A stretch of 64,000 bases of DNA from a virus. The stretch lies in IMG/VR virus record IMGVR_UViG_3300042452_000786, positions 1 to 64,000 of that record; one strand, written 5' to 3'. The translations under genes were made by a program, and so were the position numbers. This document shows positions 1 to 7,796 of this stretch, in pieces (position 1 is the stretch's first letter; each line of letters starts with the position of its first letter). The notes below the pieces were generated by a model. The model made no database searches. It worked only from the letters and a program-made list of their open reading frames with translations, and was not told the DNA's origin.

Positions 1-1
1 C

Positions 2-391
2 CAGAATCCCAATCACAAACTTCCACAAGATCTATTCCCTGCACCAATCAAGGTGCAACACGCTGATCAGAACTGGTCATTCTTCCAGCCATTTGACACC
101 CATCAATTGGCACAGTGGGGCCAAGCTGTACGTAACTGCGTAGGTAATGCCAGCAGTTACGCCGAAGGTGTACGCAAGAAACAACACTTTATTGTGTTGT
201 GTATGGTTGATGGTGCACCACGCTTTACCATCCAACTCGAAGTCAATATGGGACTCATGAGTGTCAAACAGATTGTTGGGATGCACAACTCCAGGCTGAC
301 GGAGACAGACCGTGATCTGTACTCAGCAGCTTTCGGCAAAGCTTTACAAGCTCAAGAAGAGCGTCTAAAGTCCGAAGCAGAAGCCGCCTGA
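2..391 (+). CDS. PcfJ-like domain protein, C-terminal part (5'-truncated by window)
   Basis: Frame open from base 2; motif LxxWGxxVRNCVG..SY...FTIQL...VKQIVG.HN resembles the PcfJ family. Confidence 0.6.
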   Translation, partial: QNPNHKLPQDLFPAPIKVQHADQNWSFFQPFDTHQLAQWGQAVRNCVGNASSYAEGVRKKQHFIVLCMVDGAPRFTIQLEVNMGLMSVKQIVGMHNSRLTETDRDLYSAAFGKALQAQEERLKSEAEAA

Positions 392-394
392 CCA

Positions 395-589
395 ATGCCT
401 AAATCACGTTCTGATGAGGGGCTCGTAGTCACTTACGATGAAGAGTCCCTTACTTTCTCGTTTGATTGGAATCCTAAAACTCATCCTGAGTACAACTTTC
501 TTGAAGAAATGACTTCAAGTGAGTTGCTAAAAATGCTTACACACTACCTTGAATTGACTGATGAAGAAACAAAACAACAACGCTCCTAA
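395..589 (+). CDS. hypothetical protein
   Basis: ATG ORF tightly packed in the + strand gene run. Confidence 0.6.
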   Translation: MPKSRSDEGLVVTYDEESLTFSFDWNPKTHPEYNFLEEMTSSELLKMLTHYLELTDEETKQQRS

Positions 590-881
590 GTTCTCTCCGG
601 GAGATAGAGTTGCTGAACGTCCAAAAGCATCTGCAATTCCAGGATTGCGGCCTGAATCAATTAAACGTACAGCACAGTACAGAACACAACGTTATGGAAC
701 TGTGATAGAAACAATTACAAAAGAATCTAAAACAAGAACAAACAAAACAACCATGTTGACTTACATCCGTGTTCTATGGGATGGCATGCAATCGCCATCT
801 GACCACGCACAAATGAGGATTTGCCTTGAATCAGATCTGCCCCAGGTGATTGATGAGTACTGCGCTGTTATCGGAGGCTAA
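561..881 (+). CDS. hypothetical protein (possible SH3/KOW-like barrel)
   Basis: FSPGDRV...YGTV...YIRVLWD pattern. Confidence 0.55.
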   Translation: MKKQNNNAPKFSPGDRVAERPKASAIPGLRPESIKRTAQYRTQRYGTVIETITKESKTRTNKTTMLTYIRVLWDGMQSPSDHAQMRICLESDLPQVIDEYCAVIGG

Positions 882-885
882 TCTA

Positions 886-1116
886 ATGTCAATCAGGAAC
901 ATGAAAAAAGACAGACTTACTGATGCAGTCTGTGATTACTTAGATGAAAAAGAACTCATGGAATTTCTTACAGATTTAAAAAGCATTCTGCAAAAAGAAG
1001 AAGATAGGCTTACTGTGCAAATTGATATTTTTAAAACTGCAAAAACTTTGATTTTTGATTCACTTGTATTCACTGAAAAGCCAATCGATGAAACCAAAGA
1101 TTCTACCTTTGATTGA
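886..1116 (+). CDS. hypothetical protein
   Basis: ATG at 886 just after the previous stop; helical, charged. Confidence 0.55.
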   Translation: MSIRNMKKDRLTDAVCDYLDEKELMEFLTDLKSILQKEEDRLTVQIDIFKTAKTLIFDSLVFTEKPIDETKDSTFD

Positions 1117-1273
1117 AGAATGTGTAGAAAATGGCGCGACGAGAGGTTATCATCGCGCTTATAAATATACAGAAAATCCAGGAGTAGAACAAATTCTTGA
1201 TTCAATTTCTGAATGCATTATGAGTGAATTCCATGAACGTTTTTATTTTGATCAAAAGGAGTACCAGGAATGA
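1088..1273 (+). CDS. hypothetical phage protein
   Basis: ATG 1088; stop overlaps next ATG (ATGA). Confidence 0.55.
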   Translation: MKPKILPLIEECVENGATRGYHRAYKYTENPGVEQILDSISECIMSEFHERFYFDQKEYQE

Positions 1274-1614
1274 CTAACCAACACCCAATCACCCCACCGC
1301 CTGAGCTGGTGCAGCAGTGGGTGGGCAACGCCTACCTATCAGATGTGCACCACAACGAAGAAGACTGGGCGTACGAACAACACATCGCCACCCGCGCCGC
1401 CCAATGGGGCGCCGACCAGGAGCTGGAGGCGTGCGTTGGATGGCTCGACCGAAATGATTACTTCGACTCTGCAGGTGAACTCCGCGCCGTCAGACGCCCC
1501 AAGCCGCCGAGCTTGAAGGAGCAGGCGCTGGAAATCTTGCAAAGGCTTTCTAAATATCAAGAAGATTCTGATTGGGACACTATCCGCCGCGCACTGGAGG
1601 CGCTACCTGAATGA
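1270..1614 (+). CDS. modular hypothetical cyanophage protein (HPITPPPELVQQW type)
   Basis: ATGA-coupled ORF in a GC-rich island. Confidence 0.65.
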   Translation: MTNQHPITPPPELVQQWVGNAYLSDVHHNEEDWAYEQHIATRAAQWGADQELEACVGWLDRNDYFDSAGELRAVRRPKPPSLKEQALEILQRLSKYQEDSDWDTIRRALEALPE

Positions 1615-1811
1615 CTGAACTATCACCACAAGCGCAGGCGGTACTAGATGGATTTCGTGCTGTGCCAACTCTTATGGATAGACCGTCTATTGCCGGTGCC
1701 CTGAAAGCTGCTGCGGATCAGGTAGTGCCGGCCAACGGAAGCCGTAAGAACAACGAGATCCGCGCCGAACTCCTCGCCATCGCCGCCGAGCTGGAGGGTG
1801 GCAATGACTGA
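1611..1811 (+). CDS. modular hypothetical protein (LSPQAQAVLD type)
   Basis: ATGA-coupled ORF. Confidence 0.6.
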   Translation: MTELSPQAQAVLDGFRAVPTLMDRPSIAGALKAAADQVVPANGSRKNNEIRAELLAIAAELEGGND

Positions 1812-2136
1812 CTTTCGTGCGCTGTGCGTCGAGCTGCTCCAATTTGGAGATCAAGCAGGAGAAATTGCAGCAAATGAAGGACTGTGGCCGGATTGCGACC
1901 CAGGCCCTGATTGGCTGCTAGACCGAGCCCGCGCCGCCCTGGCCCAGCCTGAGCCGCAGGGGCCGACGGATGAGGAACTGTGTAAGTTTTTCCGTGCAAA
2001 TGATGATCTAATGCGACACTGTGAGGCGGGGACTGATTGGGATGAGCCCTTGATGACGGAGCATGAGTTTCCGGCGGTTGCCCGCGCCGTCCTCGCCCTC
2101 TGGGGCCGCACCGCCACTACCGGAGAACAACAATGA
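1804..2136 (+). CDS. modular hypothetical protein (MTDFRALC...AQPEPQGPTDEEL)
   Basis: GGAGG upstream; shares the AQPEPQG module with the next ORF. Confidence 0.65.
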   Translation: MTDFRALCVELLQFGDQAGEIAANEGLWPDCDPGPDWLLDRARAALAQPEPQGPTDEELCKFFRANDDLMRHCEAGTDWDEPLMTEHEFPAVARAVLALWGRTATTGEQQ

Positions 2137-2651
2137 CTGAATCCAATTTCCGTTCGCTGTGCCAAGAGCTGATGGATGCCATCGACTCTGGTATTCCTCG
2201 TGGACGTATCAAACAATCGCCACTTGCTGTTCGTGTTGACGCCGCGCTGGCCCAGCCCGAGCCGCAGGGGCTAATGCCCGAAGTAGATGACATTCTGCGT
2301 TTGGCTGCAATCATCCGTAGGGTTGACGGCAACCACGACAAAGGCGCTGCTGCGTTGGCGGAGGCAATCTTGAGCCATCCCGACAGCCGCTGGCAACACG
2401 CCCAGCCCGAGCCGCAGGGGCCGACGGGCCGCCCCACTATCGAGCCGGTGCCGGTGAGCGATCCGCCGGGGCCGGAGGATTGCGATGCGGAGGGGAGGTG
2501 TTGGTGGTTTTCACCTCCAGCCTGTGGGCCTAACACGATCCGTCCGTGCTGGACTTTTGACTCGGAAACTCTGGAAGGGGACACCCACTGGCTGCCCCAC
2601 TGGGCGCTGCCGGTGCCTGCACCCGCCAACACTATTAACCAGGAGGACTAA
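2133..2651 (+). CDS. modular hypothetical protein (two AQPEPQG modules; C-terminal CDAEGRCWW...THWLP module)
   Basis: ATGA coupling, internal repeats. Confidence 0.65.
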   Translation: MTESNFRSLCQELMDAIDSGIPRGRIKQSPLAVRVDAALAQPEPQGLMPEVDDILRLAAIIRRVDGNHDKGAAALAEAILSHPDSRWQHAQPEPQGPTGRPTIEPVPVSDPPGPEDCDAEGRCWWFSPPACGPNTIRPCWTFDSETLEGDTHWLPHWALPVPAPANTINQED

Positions 2652-2941
2652 TGGCCATGGAAATCCAAACACTTCGCGGCAACTTTTCTCAATTCAGCAA
2701 AGGCTTGTCAATTCGCGTATCAGACGGAAATGCAACGCTTGATACTTACATTGACCACAAGAAATTGCGAGCTTTTGCTGCCATGCTTGTTGATATTGCC
2801 GATGACGCACTTTCCAAGATTGGAGAAGAAGCTCAAGATTGCCAATCGAAACTACGCGACTGTTTTAATGATCTGCAAAGCGGCGATTGGAAAGCGCCCC
2901 TTGTCGAGCCGGTGCCTGGGGTGGAGGGTGCCGATGCTTAA
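2651..2941 (+). CDS. hypothetical protein
   Basis: AGGAGG Shine-Dalgarno before ATG. Confidence 0.6.
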   Translation: MAMEIQTLRGNFSQFSKGLSIRVSDGNATLDTYIDHKKLRAFAAMLVDIADDALSKIGEEAQDCQSKLRDCFNDLQSGDWKAPLVEPVPGVEGADA

Positions 2942-3046
2942 CATCCTGCTCGCCCTCACCCTGCTGCTCGCCCTCGGCGCAGCGGTTGAACTAAGTGTGA
3001 TGATGATTTTTGTTAAGTTACTACCACTGTTGCTTAGGTTGCATTA

Positions 3047-3394
3047 ATGAAATGTCGTCAATGTAATAGCAAGAACACACGTGTTACTTGCACTGATCAC
3101 TTTGATACATTTACTAAGCGTTACTGCCGATGCCTTGATTGTCATTCAAAGTTTCGAACTGTTGAGCATTACGAAAAACCAAAACCTGGGCCCTTAAAAG
3201 GCTTACCTAGAGGTGGCAACATTGCCAAAGGCTCTGCTCATGGTAGTGCAATTCTTACTGAAAAGAATATATTTCAAATTCGAAATTTGTATCAAGAAGG
3301 TAAAACTTACAAGGTAATTGCAGAAAAATATGGTATTTCAACTTCTTATGTTTCAAAAATTGTTAATCTTAAAGCATGGAAACACTTGATCTAA
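3047..3394 (+). CDS. NrdR-like Zn-ribbon fused to a C-terminal helix-turn-helix
   Basis: MKCxxC...TRV.....RYCRCxxCxxKFRTVE as in the NrdR N-terminus; C-terminal YKVIAEKYGISTSYVSKIV HTH. Confidence 0.65.
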   Translation: MKCRQCNSKNTRVTCTDHFDTFTKRYCRCLDCHSKFRTVEHYEKPKPGPLKGLPRGGNIAKGSAHGSAILTEKNIFQIRNLYQEGKTYKVIAEKYGISTSYVSKIVNLKAWKHLI

Positions 3395-3567
3395 ACGAAA
3401 CTCCTATTCAAGCATGTGGAAGTTTTGATCCTTTGATTGATGAATACGCGCTGACCGTCACCAGTGGTTCTCTTGTTGTTACTTTTGAATTTCTAAAGAA
3501 AAAAGACATTGAGCACCTGATCTCATGTCTTTCTTGTATGATTGCTACCGAAGAAGAACCTAACTGA
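3376..3567 (+). CDS. hypothetical protein
   Basis: Fills the gap between the Zn-ribbon gene and thyX. Confidence 0.45.
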   Translation: METLDLNETPIQACGSFDPLIDEYALTVTSGSLVVTFEFLKKKDIEHLISCLSCMIATEEEPN

Positions 3568-3568
3568 A

Positions 3569-4222
3569 ATGACTGCTGTCAAACTCACTTGGTGCACACC
3601 AAACGCAGAAGAAATGATTGTGCACATGGCGCGTGTCAGTGCACCTAAAAATCAAGGAAACATTGAAACAGCGCCTAAACTTCTTCGTTATCTCATCAAA
3701 CACAAACACCTGTCTCCTTTTGAGATGGCAAACATGTGTGTAGAAATTAATACAACCAGAGCAATTGCTCCTCAAATTCTTCGTCATCGCTCATTCTCCT
3801 TCCAAGAGTTTAGTCAAAGATACGCAGATACAACTGAGATTGGTAACGCTGTAATGCCACATTTGCGCAGACAAGATTTAAAAAATCGTCAAAACTCTAT
3901 TGATGATCTTGATACTGAACAGATTAGCCAGTACTACAGAAGAATGAGTCAACTCTTTGAAGATGCTGAACATCTTTACAAGGAAATGACAAGCAGCGGT
4001 ATAGCAAAAGAGTGCGCCAGGTCGGTGCTTCCTCTTGCAACACCAACGCGCCTCTACATGAATGGTTCGTTGCGTTCCTGGTTGACGTACATCGCTCTCC
4101 GGGAAAAACACGGAACCCAGATGGAACACATGATCATTGCAAAAGATATCAAAACCATTTTTTGCGGTCAATTCCCAACCATCGCTGACGCCATAGGCGG
4201 TGAAGAACCTTGGGAAATTTAA
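3569..4222 (+). CDS. thyX: flavin-dependent thymidylate synthase
   Basis: RHRSFSFQEFSQRY signature, HLSPFE, KECARSVLP. Confidence 0.97.
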   Translation: MTAVKLTWCTPNAEEMIVHMARVSAPKNQGNIETAPKLLRYLIKHKHLSPFEMANMCVEINTTRAIAPQILRHRSFSFQEFSQRYADTTEIGNAVMPHLRRQDLKNRQNSIDDLDTEQISQYYRRMSQLFEDAEHLYKEMTSSGIAKECARSVLPLATPTRLYMNGSLRSWLTYIALREKHGTQMEHMIIAKDIKTIFCGQFPTIADAIGGEEPWEI

Positions 4223-4326
4223 ATTACGTACCAAAAACATAAGATACAGGTCAACAACAATTGATTAACTGCCTGGGCACCGAAAGGATAAGTCCCAGGC
4301 TTCGTTGTATTTACACGCACAACCAG

Positions 4327-5277
4327 ATGGACAACGCAGTAACTGCACCAGCAAAACTTCCTAAAGTTCCAGATAAAGCTTTGGAAGCATTAAAGGAAGG
4401 AATTCAATCAGTCCTTGATTCCAAAGACTGGTCTGGATTTCTTACCGCAATCAGACGTATCCACAGCTACAGCTTCAACAATCGCATGTTGATCATGCTG
4501 GGACAATCCAAGCGTGGCTGGGATTTATCTCCGTTTGTTGCAGGTAAAACAAAATGGAACACTGAATTCAATCGCCAACTAAAAGAAGGCGAATACATCA
4601 AACCAATTTGGATTCTTGCTCCTGTTCTCATTGATAAGCGTGACGACAATGGCAATACCATTCGGAAGCCAGATGGTTCTACGGAAAAGGTCCCGATTCG
4701 TTTCCGTGGCGTACGAGTTTATGACCACCGTCAAACTCACGGTGATCCGATCCCTGAACCTGACACAGAAAAAATGATGTCTGAATTGACTGCAGACATT
4801 TCAGAGCAAGTAATGAATGGGATGGTCAACGTTGCTACAGCAAGATCTATTAACGTCGAACAAGAAATTTCAAAAGGTAACATGGGCGGCGCACACGGAC
4901 GCTGTTGGTTCTTGAATCAAGGTCGCGCCAGCAAGATTGAAATCTTGGAAGGTCTTAACCTTGCAACGCGTGTCAGTGTCATGGCTCACGAGCTAGGCCA
5001 CGCTATCCTCCACAACCGTGATGAGTACCAAGAACACGACTCCGCATCAATCAAAGAACTTGAAGCAGAGTCCGTGGCGTATCTTGTTTGTTCTCATTAC
5101 GGTGTGGATCTTGGTAGTCGCAGCTTCCAGTACATTGTTCATCACAACACTGCATCTGATGATGTCGTCGCGGATCTCCTGAAGTCAGGTGACAGGATCT
5201 TCAAGGCGTATGCTGAAATCACAACGGTCGTAGACAAGCACCTGGAAACGTTTAACCTGAAACCTGTGGTACATTAG
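4327..5277 (+). CDS. ArdC-like ssDNA-binding / zincin metallopeptidase (antirestriction-type) protein
   Basis: N-terminal HSYSFNNRMLI...W....RQLKEGE..IWILAP; C-terminal HELGH and ELEAESVAY. Confidence 0.8.
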   Translation: MDNAVTAPAKLPKVPDKALEALKEGIQSVLDSKDWSGFLTAIRRIHSYSFNNRMLIMLGQSKRGWDLSPFVAGKTKWNTEFNRQLKEGEYIKPIWILAPVLIDKRDDNGNTIRKPDGSTEKVPIRFRGVRVYDHRQTHGDPIPEPDTEKMMSELTADISEQVMNGMVNVATARSINVEQEISKGNMGGAHGRCWFLNQGRASKIEILEGLNLATRVSVMAHELGHAILHNRDEYQEHDSASIKELEAESVAYLVCSHYGVDLGSRSFQYIVHHNTASDDVVADLLKSGDRIFKAYAEITTVVDKHLETFNLKPVVH

Positions 5278-5280
5278 TCC

Positions 5281-5451
5281 GGTCCGGCCGGACCCAGTGG
5301 CCACTGGTAACGCAGCTATCCTCGTCAATGGCTGTGTTAAAAGAGGAGTCACCGTTGAGTTGAAGCAACGGTGAAGCCAACATAAAGTAAGCGAGACAGC
5401 AGGCCTACCTGCCGTTAAAATCCGTGCATCCGGAATCTCGCTCACTTTTTT
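5281..5451 (+). ncRNA. candidate structured ncRNA (two palindromes, H-type pseudoknot, multiloop, U-tract)
   Basis: Extended -10 TGgTACATT at 5267-5275; several hand-identified stems; T6 at 5446-5451. Confidence 0.5.
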
Positions 5452-5454
5452 GTA

Positions 5455-6045
5455 ATGAAACTCCAGGCTGATCTTTTTCCTTTTCTTACAACGCTGGAAG
5501 ATAACTGGCAAGTAATCCTTGAAGAACTGGATAACATTCTTTACAACGAAGTTGAATCAAATAAAAGTTACTTTGCACCCTGGCATGAAACAGACATCTA
5601 CAACGGAAGCTGGGATGTCTACGGTCTCTATTCTTTTGGAGACAAACTAGACAGTAACTGTAAGTTCTGCCCCAGGACTACAGAAATTGTTGAACAGATT
5701 CCAGGTCTTGTAACTGCTGGGTTTTCTGCTCTTGGTTTGAATACACACATCAAACCGCACGTCGGCTACACAAATGAAGTGTTGCGCTGTCACCTTGGTT
5801 TAATGGGGCCACAGCTCCACAAACCAGAAAAGATCAAGAATCCCTGGCTTAGAGTTGGTATCGCACCAGAAGACATGCTTCCTGCTTGTGGACTGCGAGT
5901 GGACGACAAAATTCTGCAATGGGAACCAGGCAAAGCTTTTGTGTTTGATGACACGTACGAGCATGAAGCCTGGAACTACGGCGAGCGCACGCGGTTTATT
6001 CTCCTTATCGACTTTAAGAAGAACGAATTTTCTGCTTTGCTTTGA
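5455..6045 (+). CDS. aspartyl/asparaginyl beta-hydroxylase family 2OG-Fe(II) dioxygenase
   Basis: FSAL...HIKPHVG...LRCHLGL...WEPGKAFVFDDTYEHEAWN...RFILLIDF. Confidence 0.9.
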   Translation: MKLQADLFPFLTTLEDNWQVILEELDNILYNEVESNKSYFAPWHETDIYNGSWDVYGLYSFGDKLDSNCKFCPRTTEIVEQIPGLVTAGFSALGLNTHIKPHVGYTNEVLRCHLGLMGPQLHKPEKIKNPWLRVGIAPEDMLPACGLRVDDKILQWEPGKAFVFDDTYEHEAWNYGERTRFILLIDFKKNEFSALL

Positions 6046-6313
6046 GGGTGGGACTGCACCGTGATCATCGGTACAGTCCGTCAGTTACCAGACAAGGGAA
6101 GCGATAAAAACCTTGTCTCCCTCTAGAATAAGGCCCTGTCATCGCTCTTCTTCAGGCCCCAAGCAAATCTAACATGCACACAATGATTAATCTCTCTGAG
6201 CACCTTGAAGATGCTATACAGTATCGAAACTATTTATTAACACTACCTTGACTGATCTTTCTTCTCCACCCCCGTTGGTATAATAGTATCTATGTGCTTA
6301 TTGAAAATGTACT

Positions 6314-6544
6314 GTGGCTACCCTGACAAAACCTAAGTTAATAGGATGTGTTTCCAGTGATTCCGGCTGCCTCTCTGTGTTGGATCCTGCTCATCTCCAG
6401 GTATCTGAAACTGGTTCAATCAACTTTCCAAAGTGGAACCTCTATACTTCTTTTGAGACTGAAGTCGGGGACGGAGAATTTACCGTCTTTGAACAACGTG
6501 ACAACAAAGGAAGACTTCGTCGCATCGTTATTGAATTGGAATGA
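6314..6544 (+). CDS. hypothetical protein
   Basis: TGgTATAAT at ~6276-6284 upstream; IGCVSSDSG...DP...GDG pattern. Confidence 0.55.
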   Translation: MATLTKPKLIGCVSSDSGCLSVLDPAHLQVSETGSINFPKWNLYTSFETEVGDGEFTVFEQRDNKGRLRRIVIELE

Positions 6545-6798
6545 AGATCGTTGATCCGGCAAAAGAACCTAATCGTTGGTTGGAAGCAGTACTTTTGGAC
6601 ATGCTAGAAGAAGGTACGCCTGAATCAAAAAAGATGCTTGCAGACGGCATACGAATGCTGTCTAACTGGATAGAACCAGGCTTAATAGATCAGTTATTTG
6701 GTCACTGGGTAGAGCGTTACAACCAGCTTTTGGCCGAACACGAAAAGTCTCAAAGTAGTTCTCACCAACAGTATTCATCAACAGATCTTCTGGCGTAA
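6541..6798 (+). CDS. hypothetical protein
   Basis: ATGA-coupled to the previous ORF. Confidence 0.55.
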   Translation: MKIVDPAKEPNRWLEAVLLDMLEEGTPESKKMLADGIRMLSNWIEPGLIDQLFGHWVERYNQLLAEHEKSQSSSHQQYSSTDLLA

Positions 6799-7261
6799 TA
6801 GGAGCAATATCAAACAGCTTTCGCACAGGATCATCTACGTAAGGCGGCCTGTACCAAAGAAATTCCAGCTTGTTGTAATCAATAACCCATTCAGAATGGT
6901 GCCGATGCCAGCGGCTCCAGGCGTGGAACTGACGCTCAGGGTCTCTTGAAGTGCAGTCCAGCACAATTCCGTCGCCAGGTTCAATGTGCCAGCGCAAACG
7001 AAGAACCTCCTCAAAGCCACGACGGATTGCTTTTAATCCAGAGCGGCCAACCAGTTGCTTTGTTACTGAGCGTGAACGTTTGTTCTTACGCTTTTTATAC
7101 CAATCATTAAGTTGGCGTGAAGATTTACCGATGCAGAATCCCACATTCCACATATAAAACCCAGGTTGATACTCAACTAAAGGTTCCAGAAAGACTTTAC
7201 AGAGTTGCCCTTCCACTCGGAATGTAGAGCTTGTAAACTTGCGGCAAACTCGGTAACTCAT
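6662..7261 (-). CDS. hypothetical protein
   Basis: 199-aa ATG ORF with no competing long + ORF. Confidence 0.6.
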   Translation of the reverse strand: MSYRVCRKFTSSTFRVEGQLCKVFLEPLVEYQPGFYMWNVGFCIGKSSRQLNDWYKKRKNKRSRSVTKQLVGRSGLKAIRRGFEEVLRLRWHIEPGDGIVLDCTSRDPERQFHAWSRWHRHHSEWVIDYNKLEFLWYRPPYVDDPVRKLFDIAPITPEDLLMNTVGENYFETFRVRPKAGCNALPSDQITDLLSLVLSS

Positions 7262-7262
7262 T

Positions 7263-7547
7263 TTGGAAGAACTCCTAAAGCTAATTCAGTCAGACCCCGA
7301 ACTGTGGGACATCGTTGAGCAATTGAAGCACCAGGATGAGGATCTTGTTGACTTCCTACTCAGCGTAGCTCAAATGCTTTCGATTGAGTTCGAAGAAATG
7401 CACAGGACAGATCTCAGTGACAAGCTGTCTGCTCTTTTTGGTGGCCTGCCTGAAAAAGCTTTTGTCATGGTTCCTCTGTTTCTGCACATTGCTCTTGACA
7501 TCTTCTTAATGAGAGCAATCCCTGATGCAAAGTCTATCCGGGATTGA
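7263..7547 (+). CDS. hypothetical protein
   Basis: Acidic helical ORF, TTG start. Confidence 0.55.
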   Translation: MEELLKLIQSDPELWDIVEQLKHQDEDLVDFLLSVAQMLSIEFEEMHRTDLSDKLSALFGGLPEKAFVMVPLFLHIALDIFLMRAIPDAKSIRD

Positions 7548-7550
7548 ACA

Positions 7551-7784
7551 ATGCAAATCGGTTACGTACTATGCTCTCCAGATCTGAACCGTATTCTGTG
7601 TCTGGATAACAAGAAGCAAGGTGTAGAACTTGTTGAAGTTAAAAGCACCAAAGAAATCAACAGATCGATCTGTTTATCTGATCTAACAGAAGTCAAAAAT
7701 GTTTACGAAAGACTTCGTGAAGCTGGTCTCGTCCAGGGCTTGGACATTGTTAACGTGGCAAAGCTCTACAAAAAGTTCTATTGA
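7551..7784 (+). CDS. hypothetical protein
   Basis: ATG ORF directly upstream of polA. Confidence 0.55.
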   Translation: MQIGYVLCSPDLNRILCLDNKKQGVELVEVKSTKEINRSICLSDLTEVKNVYERLREAGLVQGLDIVNVAKLYKKFY

Positions 7785-7796
7785 GTTGGTATTGAC

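Noticed and set aside
5309-5392. tmRNA-like arrangement (pseudoknot then GCC AAC AUA AAG UAA, ANIK)
   Set aside because: No tRNA-like acceptor or T-arm found; tag too short
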